64,000 nt of DNA, taken from assembly GCA_963674965.2 (NCBI GenBank), contig CAXXFL010000006.1:416001-480000 (forward strand), given 5' to 3'. Source of the stretch: a bacterium (GTDB lineage: Bacteria > RBG-13-61-14 > DATKZS01). The notes beneath the pieces are model-generated. The model saw only the letters and a program-made list of their open reading frames with translations. It searched no databases and was not told the origin of the DNA. Below are positions 51,008 to 62,183 of the stretch, piece after piece; within the stretch, counting starts at the first letter, position 1; each line of letters opens with the position of its first letter. The translations under genes were made by a program, and so were the position numbers.

Positions 51008-53188
51008 GTGAATTCCATGGCCGGTGGAAACGAAACGGATAGTAAAAAACTGCTCGCCCTTATGGGCAGGATATTCGAGATGGGTAGGGGCAGACCCATC
51101 CCGTTCGGGGCGACCATCAAGCGCGGCGGCGTCAACTTCGCCGTCTTCGCCGGCAACGCCACCGAGGTGTCCCTCGTTCTCTTCGTGCCGGGGGAGGACG
51201 AGCCGGTAATGGAAATACCTCTCGACCCCAGGTTCAACCGCACCGGCGACGTCTGGCATACTTTCGTCAGGGGCCTGGACCCGGGCGTGACCTACGGCTA
51301 CCGGGTGGACCGAAAGCCGAACGCCAACCCGAAAATCCATCGCTACGACCGCTCGAAAATTCTCATAGACCCCTACGCCAAGGCCCTGGCCGGAAACGAG
51401 GAATGGGGAGCGCTAAAAGGTCCGGAGGGTTTTCTCTTCCCCGACACCTACAAGCAGCTTCACGGACTCGTGGTGGACGACGTCTTCGACTGGGGAAACG
51501 ACCAGCCCCTCAACGTGCCCATGTCCGAGACCGTCATTTACGAGCTGCACGTGAGAGGATTCACCCGCCACGACTCGTCCTCGGTGTCCGCCCCCGGCTC
51601 CTACGCCGGGCTCATCGAGAAAATCCCTTACATGAAGGAACTGGGAGTCACGGCGGTCGAGCTTTTGCCCGTGAACGAGTTCGACGAGAACGAGAGCGAC
51701 AAGAAGGACCCCGCCACGGGCGAGCGCCTTTTGAATTACTGGGGCTACAGCCCGATCAACTTTTTCGCTCCCAAGGCCAGCTACTCCTCGAGTTTAAAGC
51801 CGGGCTCCTGCGTCCACGAGTTCAAGAGCATGGTCAAGGCCATGCATGAGGCCGGCCTCGAGGTGATCCTGGACGTGGTCTTCAACCACACGGCGGAGGG
51901 CGACGAGCGCGGCCCCACCCTCTCCTACCGCGGGCTGGACAATGAGGTCTACTACATGATCGACCCGGCCACGGGCGAGTACCACAACTTCTCCGGCTGC
52001 GGCAACACCCTTAACTGCAACCATCCCGTGGTGCGCGACCTCATCCTCGACGCCCTGCGCTACTGGGTCATTGAGATGCACGTGGACGGCTTCCGCTTCG
52101 ACCTGGCCTCCATACTCGGGAGAGGACGAGACGGCGAGGTCCTGGCCGACCCTCCCCTGCTGGAAAGGATCGCGGCCGACCCCGTCCTGATGGACGCCAA
52201 GCTCATCGCCGAGGCCTGGGACGCGGCCGGGCTCTACCAGGTCGGGACTTTCCCCTCCTGGGGCAGATGGGCCGAGTGGAACGGAAGGTATCGCGACGAC
52301 GTGAGACGCTTCGTGAAAAGCGACCCGGGCATGACCGAGAGGATCGCCGCCCGCCTGATGGGAAGCCCGGACATATACGCCAACAGCGGCCGCGAGCCTT
52401 GCCACGGGATCAACTTCATCACCTGCCACGACGGCTTCACCTTGAACGACCTGGTCTCGTACTCGAAAAAGCACAACGAGATGAACGGCGAGGATAATAG
52501 GGACGGCTCGGACGTGAACTTCTCCTGGAACTGCGGCCACGAGGGACCGGTGGACGACATGGAGCCCGTCGGCGAGATATCCACGCCCGGCGAGGTTCAA
52601 AAACTCCGGGACCGGCAGATGAGGAATTTCATCGCCATCCTTTTCCTGTCGAGGGGCGTTCCCATGCTGGCCGCGGGCGACGAGTTTAAAAGGACGCAAA
52701 AGGGAAACAACAACGCCTATTGCCAGGACAACGAGGTCGGTTGGATCGACTGGGGCCTGTTCGACGCCAACATGGACCTCCACCGCTTCACGGCCCAGAT
52801 GATCAGGTTCCGGAAAGCTCACCCGTCCCTTCGCCACGACCTCTTCGAGAAGGAGCCGGGCAAGACGGACTTCTCCGTCACCTGGCACGGTCCCGAGCCC
52901 TTCAAGCCCGACTGGTCCGAGAGCTCGAGGACCCTGGCCATGATGATCCAGGAGGAGGCCGCCCAGGATAACGCGGCCGACGACCTTTACGTGGCCATGA
53001 ACTTCTACTGGGAGCCCGTCAATTTCATCCTGCCCTCCCCTTCCAAGGGACGCAAGTGGCGCCTGGCGGTGGACACGTCCCTGCCCTCCCCCGCCGACGC
53101 CCTCGAGCCGGGAACGGAAAAACCCATCCCCCACCAGTCGAGCTACCTCGTCGCTCCCAGAACGGTGATGGTACTGGTGGGCCGATAG
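51008..53188 (+). CDS. glgX: Glycogen debranching enzyme
   Basis: IYELHVRGFT, NYWGY, DVVFNHTAE, DGFRFDLA, IAEAWD, CHDGFTL, GNNNAYCQDN. Confidence 0.96.
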   Translation: MNSMAGGNETDSKKLLALMGRIFEMGRGRPIPFGATIKRGGVNFAVFAGNATEVSLVLFVPGEDEPVMEIPLDPRFNRTGDVWHTFVRGLDPGVTYGYRVDRKPNANPKIHRYDRSKILIDPYAKALAGNEEWGALKGPEGFLFPDTYKQLHGLVVDDVFDWGNDQPLNVPMSETVIYELHVRGFTRHDSSSVSAPGSYAGLIEKIPYMKELGVTAVELLPVNEFDENESDKKDPATGERLLNYWGYSPINFFAPKASYSSSLKPGSCVHEFKSMVKAMHEAGLEVILDVVFNHTAEGDERGPTLSYRGLDNEVYYMIDPATGEYHNFSGCGNTLNCNHPVVRDLILDALRYWVIEMHVDGFRFDLASILGRGRDGEVLADPPLLERIAADPVLMDAKLIAEAWDAAGLYQVGTFPSWGRWAEWNGRYRDDVRRFVKSDPGMTERIAARLMGSPDIYANSGREPCHGINFITCHDGFTLNDLVSYSKKHNEMNGEDNRDGSDVNFSWNCGHEGPVDDMEPVGEISTPGEVQKLRDRQMRNFIAILFLSRGVPMLAAGDEFKRTQKGNNNAYCQDNEVGWIDWGLFDANMDLHRFTAQMIRFRKAHPSLRHDLFEKEPGKTDFSVTWHGPEPFKPDWSESSRTLAMMIQEEAAQDNAADDLYVAMNFYWEPVNFILPSPSKGRKWRLAVDTSLPSPADALEPGTEKPIPHQSSYLVAPRTVMVLVGR

Positions 53189-53263
53189 AACTCCGGCCGT
53201 TTATATTAACGGCTTGCTTGCTACACAACGAAACGCGAGGAGCGTCGGCGATAAAAGGAACTC

Positions 53264-53389
53264 AGCCCGCGGCTTCGCCGCTCATGCAGGATGGGCGACC
53301 CCGGCTTGAAGCTCTTAAACTTTTTTTCAGCCGCGGCACAAATCAGGGTCGCCCACGCATCTTGCGTGGGTGAGCGAAGCGAACGGGCT
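53264..53389. repeat. REP-like imperfect inverted repeat; partial copy at 55064-55089
   Basis: AGCCCGCGGCTTCGCCGC...GGCGACCC paired with GGGTCGCC...GCGAAGCGAACGGGCT; TCAGCCCGCGGCTTCGCCGC recurs at ~55062. Confidence 0.6.
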
Positions 53390-53585
53390 CCCGGCCTCGG
53401 AATTAAACGCGTTTGTTGTCAACAAAAAAGAGGCGGCGCGTAATAATGATCCCAATCTCGCGGGACCGGGTCGTCCTTCCATTGGCCAATAGTATTTTTA
53501 TGCAGAATGGAACATATGCCCGGAAGCGGCCGTCTTAACCCTATCTCCGACCCGTATTTATCGAACAGAACAAAGGGGGACAAAG

Positions 53586-54332
53586 ATGAGTCATTCAATG
53601 AAAACCTTGGCGCTGGGACTGATTCTCGCGATGGGATGCGCGTCCGGAGCGCTAGCCGAAGAAAGCCGGGGTCCCGGTCTAATCACCGTCAGCGGGGAAT
53701 CTCGCGTTATGGTAACGCCGGATATAGTCATAATATCCTTTGGCGTGGAGACGGAGGACCTCGACGTCGAGAAGGCCAGGAGGGAAAACGACGAGATTGT
53801 GAAAAGAGTATTCGATACGGCTCGAAAGCATGGAATTGAAGATAAAAATATTTCAACGGACAGCCTGTCGCTGCGGCCCAGCTACAATTACAAAAAGCGC
53901 GAAGAAAACGGGGCCCGTGTCGTGGACTCCTTCGTAATTACTAAAAACGTCAGGATTATATTGCACGACGCGTCAAAGTACGAGGCCTTGCTCATGGAGT
54001 TGATAAATTGCGGAGTAAAATACGCCTATAACGTGCAGTTCCAGGTCGCCGACCTTAATGAATATCGAGAGCGGGCGAGAGATTTGGCCCTAAAAGCCGC
54101 TCGGGACAAGGCGGAGAAAATGACCGGGGCGCTCGGCCAAGGCGTGGGTAAAGTATACTCGATAACCGAGAACGCGAATGTTTCCAGTTATGGAGGCGGA
54201 TATTACGAACGGCCGAGGTACTTTAACGTGGCCGTGGAAGTCCAGCCGGAGGGCGCTCAGGACCTTGAAGTCACCGCCCTTGGACAAATACCCATCAAGG
54301 CGAGCGTGACCATAAGTTTCGAGATAGAGTAA
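53586..54332 (+). CDS. SIMPL (DUF541) domain periplasmic protein
   Basis: Signal peptide, ITVSGE..V.PD, ALKAARDKAE, ASVTISFEI. Confidence 0.88.
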   Translation: MSHSMKTLALGLILAMGCASGALAEESRGPGLITVSGESRVMVTPDIVIISFGVETEDLDVEKARRENDEIVKRVFDTARKHGIEDKNISTDSLSLRPSYNYKKREENGARVVDSFVITKNVRIILHDASKYEALLMELINCGVKYAYNVQFQVADLNEYRERARDLALKAARDKAEKMTGALGQGVGKVYSITENANVSSYGGGYYERPRYFNVAVEVQPEGAQDLEVTALGQIPIKASVTISFEIE

Positions 54333-54421
54333 TCTTTGATAGGACGGGGCCGCCGTGCTAATCTTTATCCCTGGCGGCTTTATGTCCGCTTGATTGTGGG
54401 AACATATCCGGGAGGTTTATC

Positions 54422-54901
54422 ATGCAGGTATTGATCCTTTATTATTCCAAGAGCGGGAACACCAAGGCCCTGGCCGAGGAAATCAAAAAGGGAGTGGAGA
54501 GCGTGGCGGGCGTGGCGGCCCTCATGAAGACGCCGGCCGACGTGACCAAGGACGACTTCACGGACTCGGCGGGTATCATAGCCGGCTCCCCCGTATATTT
54601 TGGGGTCATGGCCTGGGACCTGAAAAAGATATTCGACGAGTTCGTGGGCGTGAGAAAGAAAATGGAGGACAAGGTGGGCGCGGCCTTCGCCACCTCGGGA
54701 GACGCGACGGGCGGCAAGGAAACCACCATCATGAGCATCATCCAGTGCCTGCTCATCTACGGCATGGTCATAGTGGGAGACCCCATGTCAGCCACCGGCC
54801 ACTACGGCGTGGCCTGCGTGGGAAAACCCGACGACAAGACCTCCCAGAACGCCCAGAAGCTAGGAAAAAGGGTGGCCGAGCTTTGCAAGAAAATCGGATG
54901 A
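54422..54901 (+). CDS. Flavodoxin-fold WrbA-like oxidoreductase
   Basis: YYSKSGNT, GSPVYFG, GGKETT, HYG. Confidence 0.88.
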   Translation: MQVLILYYSKSGNTKALAEEIKKGVESVAGVAALMKTPADVTKDDFTDSAGIIAGSPVYFGVMAWDLKKIFDEFVGVRKKMEDKVGAAFATSGDATGGKETTIMSIIQCLLIYGMVIVGDPMSATGHYGVACVGKPDDKTSQNAQKLGKRVAELCKKIG

Positions 54902-55148
54902 GCCGATAAAATCATTTTCTCGGGGTGGCACATCTATTGATAACAAGCATGGGCGGCGTAGCCGCGGGCTGAGCATTGCCGTTTTCCAAATCGAGCACGG
55001 ATTAATTGTTTTACTTTTCCATTTGCAAGAGGGCCTTTCATTAAATTGACGCCGGAGGCGTTCAGCCCGCGGCTTCGCCGCCCACGCGACATTGAAGACA
55101 ATAATGCGCTGGAATTTTATGGCACGCGAAATCGTTAGATCATTTCTA

Positions 55149-55928
55149 TTATCCGCCGCTTATAAAGCGTGAACTGGCTATTCCCAGGGTGAGGGCAAGC
55201 ACTCTAGCGGCCCCGGCCTTTTTTAAGGTCCGGGCGCACTCGTTAAGGGTGGCGCCGGTGGTCCTGACGTCGTCGACCAGAAGAACGGTCTTGCCTTTTA
55301 TGTCCACGCGGCCGTTGGCCGTAAATGCCCCCTTGACGTTGGCGATCCTTTGGGGCCGGGTCAACCCGACCTGGGGCCTGGTCTCGCGCTCGCGGGCGAG
55401 GGCCTCGGCAAAGAGGGGAACGCCCCTGGCTTTGGCCGCGGCCCTTGCCAGGTCCACGGCCTGGTTGAAGCCACGCTCGCGGACGCGACCGGCGTGGAGA
55501 GGCACGGGAACGACCAGGTCGATATTTTCCTCGTGGAAATTTATCGAGACGGCCTCGGCCGCGAGCGCCCCCAGCGAGGCGGCCGCGTCTCTTTTGCCTC
55601 TGAACTTGAAGGCCTTGATCGTCTCCGCCAGTTGTCCCTCGTAGACGGCCAGGGACCTGGCCGCGTCCCAGGCGGGCCGGTCCTTGAGGCAGTGGCCGCA
55701 GACGCCGGAGGCGGGAAGGCTTGGGCCTTCCATGGGCCGGCCGCAGACCTTGCAGACGTCCTCGCCCAGTATCTTGAAGGTCCCCTGGCAGCGCGGGCAA
55801 AAACCGCGATCATCCTTTCCTCCGAGCGGGGCGGCGCAGGCGGGGCAAAGGGGCGGCCAGATGATATTCCAGACCGTCCCGGCGAAGTCGGCCGTCCATG
55901 CTGAAACGCGGCGGAGGGGAGCGTTCAT
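55149..55928 (-). CDS. comF: ComF family phosphoribosyltransferase-like competence protein
   Basis: Four CxxC, VPVPLH, ERGFNQA, LLVDDVRTTGATL; start uncertain. Confidence 0.9.
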   Translation of the reverse strand: MNAPLRRVSAWTADFAGTVWNIIWPPLCPACAAPLGGKDDRGFCPRCQGTFKILGEDVCKVCGRPMEGPSLPASGVCGHCLKDRPAWDAARSLAVYEGQLAETIKAFKFRGKRDAAASLGALAAEAVSINFHEENIDLVVPVPLHAGRVRERGFNQAVDLARAAAKARGVPLFAEALARERETRPQVGLTRPQRIANVKGAFTANGRVDIKGKTVLLVDDVRTTGATLNECARTLKKAGAARVLALTLGIASSRFISGG

Positions 55929-56060
55929 CGAGTAATCCCATGTCCATGGCATACATAAATGATATAGCCTTGTCAGGATTGATTGCAAATCGGGCGACCC
56001 ATCCCCCGCCCCCGCCTTTATCTCTTTCCCTTCATCCGGCCCGATGCTATACTTCGATGC

Positions 56061-56490
56061 ATGAAAATATCCGTCGTTGCCCTGGGCTCGCGCGGAGACG
56101 TCGAGCCTTTCGTCGCGCTGGCCCTGGGTCTCCAGGCCGCCGGACATGAGGTCAACGTGGGCGCGGGGTCCGACTTCGAAAGCTTCGTCACCTCGCGGGG
56201 CCTGGCCTTCAAGGCCGCGGGGGGTGACATGCAAAAGGCGCTCAGTTCTTCCGAGGGCAAGGCCTTTTTCAAGTCCAAGAACCCCGTCACCTTCGTTCGC
56301 CGGCTTCGCTCGGCGGCCGAGCCCGTATTGGACACCATGCAGGAGGACCTCCTGGCCGCGACCGCCGGCTCGGACGCCTGCGTGTTCTCCTATTTGTGCG
56401 GCCCGGTGGTGGATATCCACGAGGCAACCGGCCTTATCGCCTTTATGGGCCTTCTCATATCCACGGCGCCCACGCTCGAGTTCCCCATCC
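56061..56490 (+). pseudogene. GT1 (sterol glucosyltransferase-like) glycosyltransferase truncated by IS66
   Basis: MKISVVALGSRGDVEPFVALA...GHEV; sequence switches to IS66 TIR at 56491. Confidence 0.85.
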
Positions 56491-57593
56491 GTAAGCGTCC
56501 GGCCAACCACATCTTGTAAATTTCCCTTGGCAATCCATAATGATGCTCATCGAATCGATAAGGAGGGGTGAGTATGCCGAGGGGCGTTGGAGTTGGCGGT
56601 GACCGGGCCAGGTTTTGGCGGGGGAAGTTGCGGGAGCATAGTTGGAGCGGCTTGTCGGTGAGCGCGTTTTGCCGGCGGGAGGGATTTTCGCCCGGCAGTT
56701 TTTATCGGTGGCGGCGGATTCTTGCGGAGCGTGATGGCGTTATTGAATCGCGGGGTTGTTTGCCCGCGCCCGGCCCGGCGGAGGCTTTCGTTCCGGTTTC
56801 GATTACACCCGGACCCGGGAGCGCGCCGGCCCGGAAAAGTTTTTGGCGGGATTTGAAGGATACCTTCAGGCCGACGCTTATTCCGGTTACGACAAACTTT
56901 ACGAGCCCTCTCCAGGCGTCCCGGGCAAGGTGATCGAGGTCGCATGCTGGGCGCACGCGCGGCGCAAGTTCGTCGAGTCAGAAACGAGCGATTCCTCGCG
57001 CTCGCTGACGGCGGTCGCGTGGATCAAGATTCTTTACGAGGTCGAGAAAGAAGCCAGGGAAGCCGGGCTTTGCGCGGAAGAATTTCGCGAAATTCGTCGG
57101 GAAAAAAGCAGGCAATTACTCGAGGATTTTGGCGAGTGGCTGCGCGGCCAGCGGGCGGAGGTCCTTCCCAAGAGCCCGATCGGCCAGGCCATCGCCTACG
57201 CGCTTAGCAACTGGGCCGCGCTTTACCGCTACGCGGACGACGGCGATCTGGCCATCGACAACAACGCCGCCGAGCGCGCCCTTCGCGGGGTCGCGGTTGG
57301 CCGCAAGAACTGGCTCTTCGCGGGCGGCGACCGGGGAGGCCGTACCGCCGCTATCCTCGCCAGCTTCACCCAAACCTGCAAATCCCTCGGCGCCGACCCC
57401 TTCGCCTACCTCCGCGAGGTCCTCGCCCGCATCGCCGGCCACCCCATGAAAAATCTCTCCGACCTCCTCCCAGATCACTGGCAGGCCGAACAAGACCAAG
57501 CCCACCAAACATAAACGCCAGCGCACTCTCCGCGCAACAAATCCATTTGCAATAAGCTCTCCGACTGCAGGGCGCTGTTGGCCGGACGGTTAC
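56491..57593 (+). mobile_element. Internally deleted IS66-family element
   Basis: TIRs GTAAGCGTCCGGCCAAC / GTTGGCCGGACGGTTAC; tnpA start (SGLSVSAFCRREG..SFYRWR) joined to tnpC 3' half (LQADAYSGY, CWAHARRKF, IDNNAAER, RKNWLF); no tnpB; no TSD. Confidence 0.9.
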
Positions 57594-59225
57594 AATAATA
57601 ATACGTTAAATTAAGATCATAGGCTTCTCCAATAAAGAAATGGTCAATTAAAGTAACGCCCGCTCTATCTAACAAACTCCCGAAGGCAAAGTAAAAAAAG
57701 GTGTCCGTTACTGAACCAATAGTAGAGGTCAATGCCTTAGTGGAACCAAGACCATTATAATGGAAGAACGAGACCTCGGCCTTTTCCTGACAGATCAGAT
57801 CGTCTCCAAATGTATAAGCACTTTTTAAACCTGCTCCGCGTCGGTTTCGCGGAGGGCTTGGGAGTAGCCGGTCTGGTTGTTGTTGTCGATGAGGAAGCGG
57901 GTGACGCCGTCGGGCGTCCGCTTGTATATGCGCTCGCCGCGGAAGTCGTAGGCGTAGGCGGCGGCGAGGGCGGCGTCCTTGTCGGCGCGGGCCATCTTGT
58001 TTTCGAGGTCCCATTCGTATTGCCACGTCTCGCCCGGCCCGGCCTTGCCGGCCATATTGCCATTATCGTCCCACGCGTAGGACGTGACTCCCGAGGCCGC
58101 CGACTCGGTGAGGAGCCTGTCGTTCGCGTCGTAGGCGTAGGCCGTGACCAGGCCGCCCGCGTTCATCTCGAGGCGGTTCCCGAAGGCGTCGTAGTCGTAC
58201 TCGATCCAGTAGGTACGGTCGGGCTCGGGGGAGGTCCGCGCCTCGCGGGTGAGACGATACAAGTCGTCATACCCGTAAGCGCACTCGTCCTCGATCACCG
58301 GCCGCTCGGCCGTGTCGCCCTCCGCCTCCTTCGGCTCGCGGTAGCGCTCGATGATCCCCGTCCGGTTCCCCGCCGGGCCAAGCGTGTACTCGTAGCTCGA
58401 TATCAGCCCGCCCGGCCCCGAGTTCTCGAGGTAGGTCAGGCGGTTCAACTCGTCGAACTCGTATGTGGCCAGCGTCCCGTTCGGATAGGCCATGCTCTTT
58501 CGGTTGCCCACCGCGTCGTAGGCATACTGCGTGATTCCGTTGTCGTCGGTCACGGTCGCGAGGCGGCCGAGCGCGTCGTGGGCGTAGGTCACCACGTGCC
58601 CGCCCGAGTAGGCCGTCTCGATAAGGGCCCCGGCGATATCGTACTTATAGGCGATATACTGCCCGTCCTCCTTGTCGTCGCGGAGGAGCTGCCCGGTGAC
58701 GTCGTCGTAGGTGAAGACGCGGTCCCGATACGGCTCGCCCGCGCCGAACTCGTAGCCAATATAAATCACGCGGACGAGCTGGCCCCGGCCGTTGTATTGG
58801 CGGCCGATGGTCTTGCCGTCCGGATAGGTCCGGAGGGTCTCGCGCTTCATCTCGTCGAACTCGTAAATGACGGTCCGGCCGTTGAAGTCGGTATGGGACG
58901 AGGCCATGCAGCAGTCCCGGTATTCCCACGTCTCGGCCATGCCCTCGGGCAGGGTCCGCGAGGTCTTGCGGCCAAGCTCGTCGTAAGTAAAGGAGGTAAC
59001 GTGCCCGTTGGGATCGACGATCGAGAGCAGGTCCCCACCCGCGTCGTAGGCATAGCGGGTCTCTCCCCCCTCGGCGTCGTCCACCCCGATGAGGCTACCC
59101 ATCTCGTCGTAAAGAAACTCGGTCCTCACGCCCGCCTGGTCCACCTCGGCCACCTTCCTCCTCGAAAGCCGCTTATACCTGATATTATCCCTTACTTCAT
59201 TATTTTCTATAGATATACACCTCAT
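57594..59225 (-). pseudogene. Orphan Rhs/YD-repeat core fragment, frameshifted (~57825) and truncated by IS66
   Basis: Numerous YD repeats (YDELGR, YDAVGNR, YDANDRL); continues in another frame YTFGDDLI...GEAYDLNLTYYY up to the IS end. Confidence 0.85.
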
Positions 59226-59262
59226 TTAATAGGTCTAGCTATTTTAAAATATCTGTGAAGCT

Positions 59263-59811
59263 CTATTTAGTATATAATATATTGATATTATCAGTATCAT
59301 GGATAATACTTAGTTCGATTAGATAATATCTGCTATGCTCAAAAAGGTATAAACGATTACCACAGTTTCTAAATATAGCAGGGAAAGAATTTCGGGTCAT
59401 TTCGGAATCAAAGATAAAAACGGCATATTTATTTTCAGTAAAATGGCTTGTAAATGGTACAATTGTTGCTTCTGCCCAATTAAAGGTGCTGTCATTACTT
59501 GTGTCATATATCGCTATCTCACTAGAATATAATAATATATCAGACCTAATTTTAATCACTCTAACTATGTCGTTATTATCACATATTACATGTATTTTAT
59601 AAAGCGGGTTATACTTATGCCATAGAGTAATGTATCCTTTGTATTGTGAAACTGGACGTTTAATTATACAGTTTAATTGCTTTTTTAACATAATGACATC
59701 GATTAATATATATAATATTACAATAGTAGAGGTGACTAAAAAGAGTTTTTTTAATCTTGTTTTATTATTAGATATCATTGTATTAGTCCTCAACGTACCT
59801 GTTATATACAT
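59263..59811 (-). CDS. Putative immunity/partner protein B (N-terminal TM)
   Basis: AT-rich, abuts Rhs CT-B stop; TM; LWHKYNPLY; start may be 59778. Confidence 0.7.
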   Translation of the reverse strand: MYITGTLRTNTMISNNKTRLKKLFLVTSTIVILYILIDVIMLKKQLNCIIKRPVSQYKGYITLWHKYNPLYKIHVICDNNDIVRVIKIRSDILLYSSEIAIYDTSNDSTFNWAEATIVPFTSHFTENKYAVFIFDSEMTRNSFPAIFRNCGNRLYLFEHSRYYLIELSIIHDTDNINILYTK

Positions 59812-60565
59812 TTTCCCAATCAGGATTGATGTCTAATGCTTTGTTGTTTTTAGCATCCCATTTATAGATATCATAGAGAGGATCAGTAAATACAATAGAC
59901 CTTCTGTTAGGAAATTTAGCCCCCCATGAAGCTGGATTACCATGTGCATTATATAATGGATCGAATTCTTGGATCATACATATTTCCCAGCATGCTTTTG
60001 AATAGGTGATATTTTCAATGCCATCTTGAAGAATTGGATCATTATTATTCATTTCAGAATATCTGAGCTTAGAAAAAGCGCTACTCATCCTTGCTCTATT
60101 ATTAGCTGGATTGATTTCTACAATACAAGCACACGTCAATAGCAGATTTGCATTGCTTTGACATTGTGCTGGAGTCCCCATACAAATCTGAGGCCCTTCG
60201 ATGTATATAGTAGCTTTAACGCTGTAAATAGGCGCGCTCTTGATAAATGAGGAAATACAGCTACTTAAAATTGCAATCACAATTATAATTATAACAACAG
60301 CTATCAAAAGTTCCATCAATGTAAAAAAGCCTGAAAAATCCGTAAGTATAATTGGATTATTGTTTACATATGAATATTTATTAAGTGAGGAAGACATGTA
60401 ATACACGCCATAAAAAGGATCGAGAGACGCGAATATCCCATTCACCGGATCATACAACCTCGCCCTCAGATAGTAATACCCTATATTGAAATCGTAGGCC
60501 TCGCCGGTGAAGAGATGTGAGAATTCGGTCGTGCCGGTCCTGGCGAGTATTTGGCCGAAGGCGAG

Positions 60566-62183
60566 TGTCCTGGTTCAGCGGGAAATGGAGTACCCCCGCT
60601 TTTGCTAAGTGAGTACGGCCTTCGCACTCACCCTCAAGATTCCGCCCTTCGGGCGGGAGTTTTAAGAAGGCATTGGGGGTCTATCGTTTGATGAGTTTAG
60701 GCCGGGCGCTGAGGGTGTTCCCCAACGCCCTCTCATCAACGCGATGAGCCCCGCCGGGCTATCCCTCGGCGGGTTGCTCTCCAGCAGTGCCCGCCTCTGT
60801 TTCACCCGGCAAGCTCAGGCTACTCCAACCGCCAACGCCATGTCAAGCCCGCCGCGTTCGACCATCCGCCGCCGCTTCCGCTCTTCCCGCGCCGCTTCCA
60901 GCTTCAGGTCCCGAGCCGCCCAAATCTCCGCCTCCCGGCCAGCCAGTTTGTCCGCCGGCGCAATGTAACCGATCGCGCTGTGCAACCGCACGTTGTTGTA
61001 ATGCTCCACATACTCGCCCACGATCCGTTTGGCCTCATCCAAACTAAGCGGCGTCTTCGGACGGATGCATTCCTTCTTCAGCGTTTGATACCACCGCTCC
61101 TTCTTGCCGTTGCTTTGCGGATAGTACGGCGAGGTCCGAACATGCGTCATCCCGCTCACTCGGATGAACTCCTTGAAATCCCGGGCGATGAACTGCGGCC
61201 CATTGTCCGAGATGATGCGAGGCCGAGCAGCCGGATACTTCTCCTTCGCCCGCTCCAGGATCACTTCAACCTCCCACTCCTTCATGCTCTCTCGAATGTC
61301 CCAGTGGACCAGGTAGCGGCTTTGGCCGTCAATCACGCTGAACAGGTAATAAAACGTCCCGCAAATATTGATGTGGCTCACGTCAATGTGCCAGTGTTCA
61401 TGCGGCCTTTCGGGCTGCTCGAAACCCGTGCCCTTCAGCGACGGCTGGCCCGAAAACCGACCCAGCAAACCCGCTTCCGACAGCACCCGGTAAACGCTCG
61501 CCGGAGACACGCATACCAGATTCTCATCAAGCATCATGAACGCCAGCCGGCGGTAACCCTCCAGCGGGTGATCGAAATGATAGCGGATGATCGCCTGCTT
61601 CTCCCAATCCAAAAGCCAATGGTCCCGAGGGACCTTGCCGTTGTGCTCGTTGGCCAGGCCGTAGCGCTTCTTCCAGTCGTAGTACTTCGAGCTCGATATC
61701 CCCAGCCAATCGATCAGACGGGCCGCCGGAAGCTCCGCGCGGGAAAGCCAGTAGCCGACGTAGTCAACCACCTCGTCCCGCGTGTCGGGGGGGACCCATG
61801 CGGCCCTCAGAGGTCCCCAAGCTCTTTTTTTAACTTGACGTGGTCCTCCATCAGCTCTGAAATCACCTCGTCCTTCTTCCGAAGCTTGGCTTCCAGCGCC
61901 TCGATCCGCTCTGCCTCGCGCCGCTCCGGCCGGGAGGGCTGCCGTTCGAAGGCCGCCGCGCCGTTTTCAAAGAACTGCTTCTGCCAGTTGTAGAACTGGG
62001 TCGGCTGAATCCGCTCCTGCTCGCAAAGCTCCGACACTGCCACCTTGTCAACCAGGTGCCGCCTCAGCACCCGAACCTTCTCCTCCGCCGTAAATCTTCT
62101 TCGTCTCCCTTCCATCGTCCCGCCTCCTTCTCGATATAACTATCCTCGCGGAGGCGTTCTCCATTTTCAACTGAGGCAGGACA
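60566..62183 (-). mobile_element. IS3-family insertion sequence
   Basis: Imperfect TIRs starting TGTCCTG...AAATGGAG at both ends; 4-bp TSD CGAG; orfA/orfB. Confidence 0.93.
60815..62115 (-). CDS. IS3 transposase OrfA (61807-62115) / OrfB via -1 frameshift
   Basis: RRRFTAEEK HTH; A7G slippery run at 61824-61831; WHID, SDNG, PQSNGK.ER, YNNVRLHSAIGY. Confidence 0.92.

Noticed and set aside
55929-56510. N-terminal extension of the comF ORF
   Set aside because: Antisense to the glycosyltransferase remnant; ComF similarity begins near 55928.
5442-59258. Many long antisense/overlapping ORFs (e.g. 5442-6866, 28011-29606, 34640-36460, 43713-45434, 57810-59258)
   Set aside because: Shadow frames of clearly identified genes in GC-rich DNA; no motifs.
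59783-60457. CT-B as a free-standing prepilin gene
   Set aside because: It is in frame with the Rhs core, lacks a basic leader, and the G|F register puts Glu at 6.
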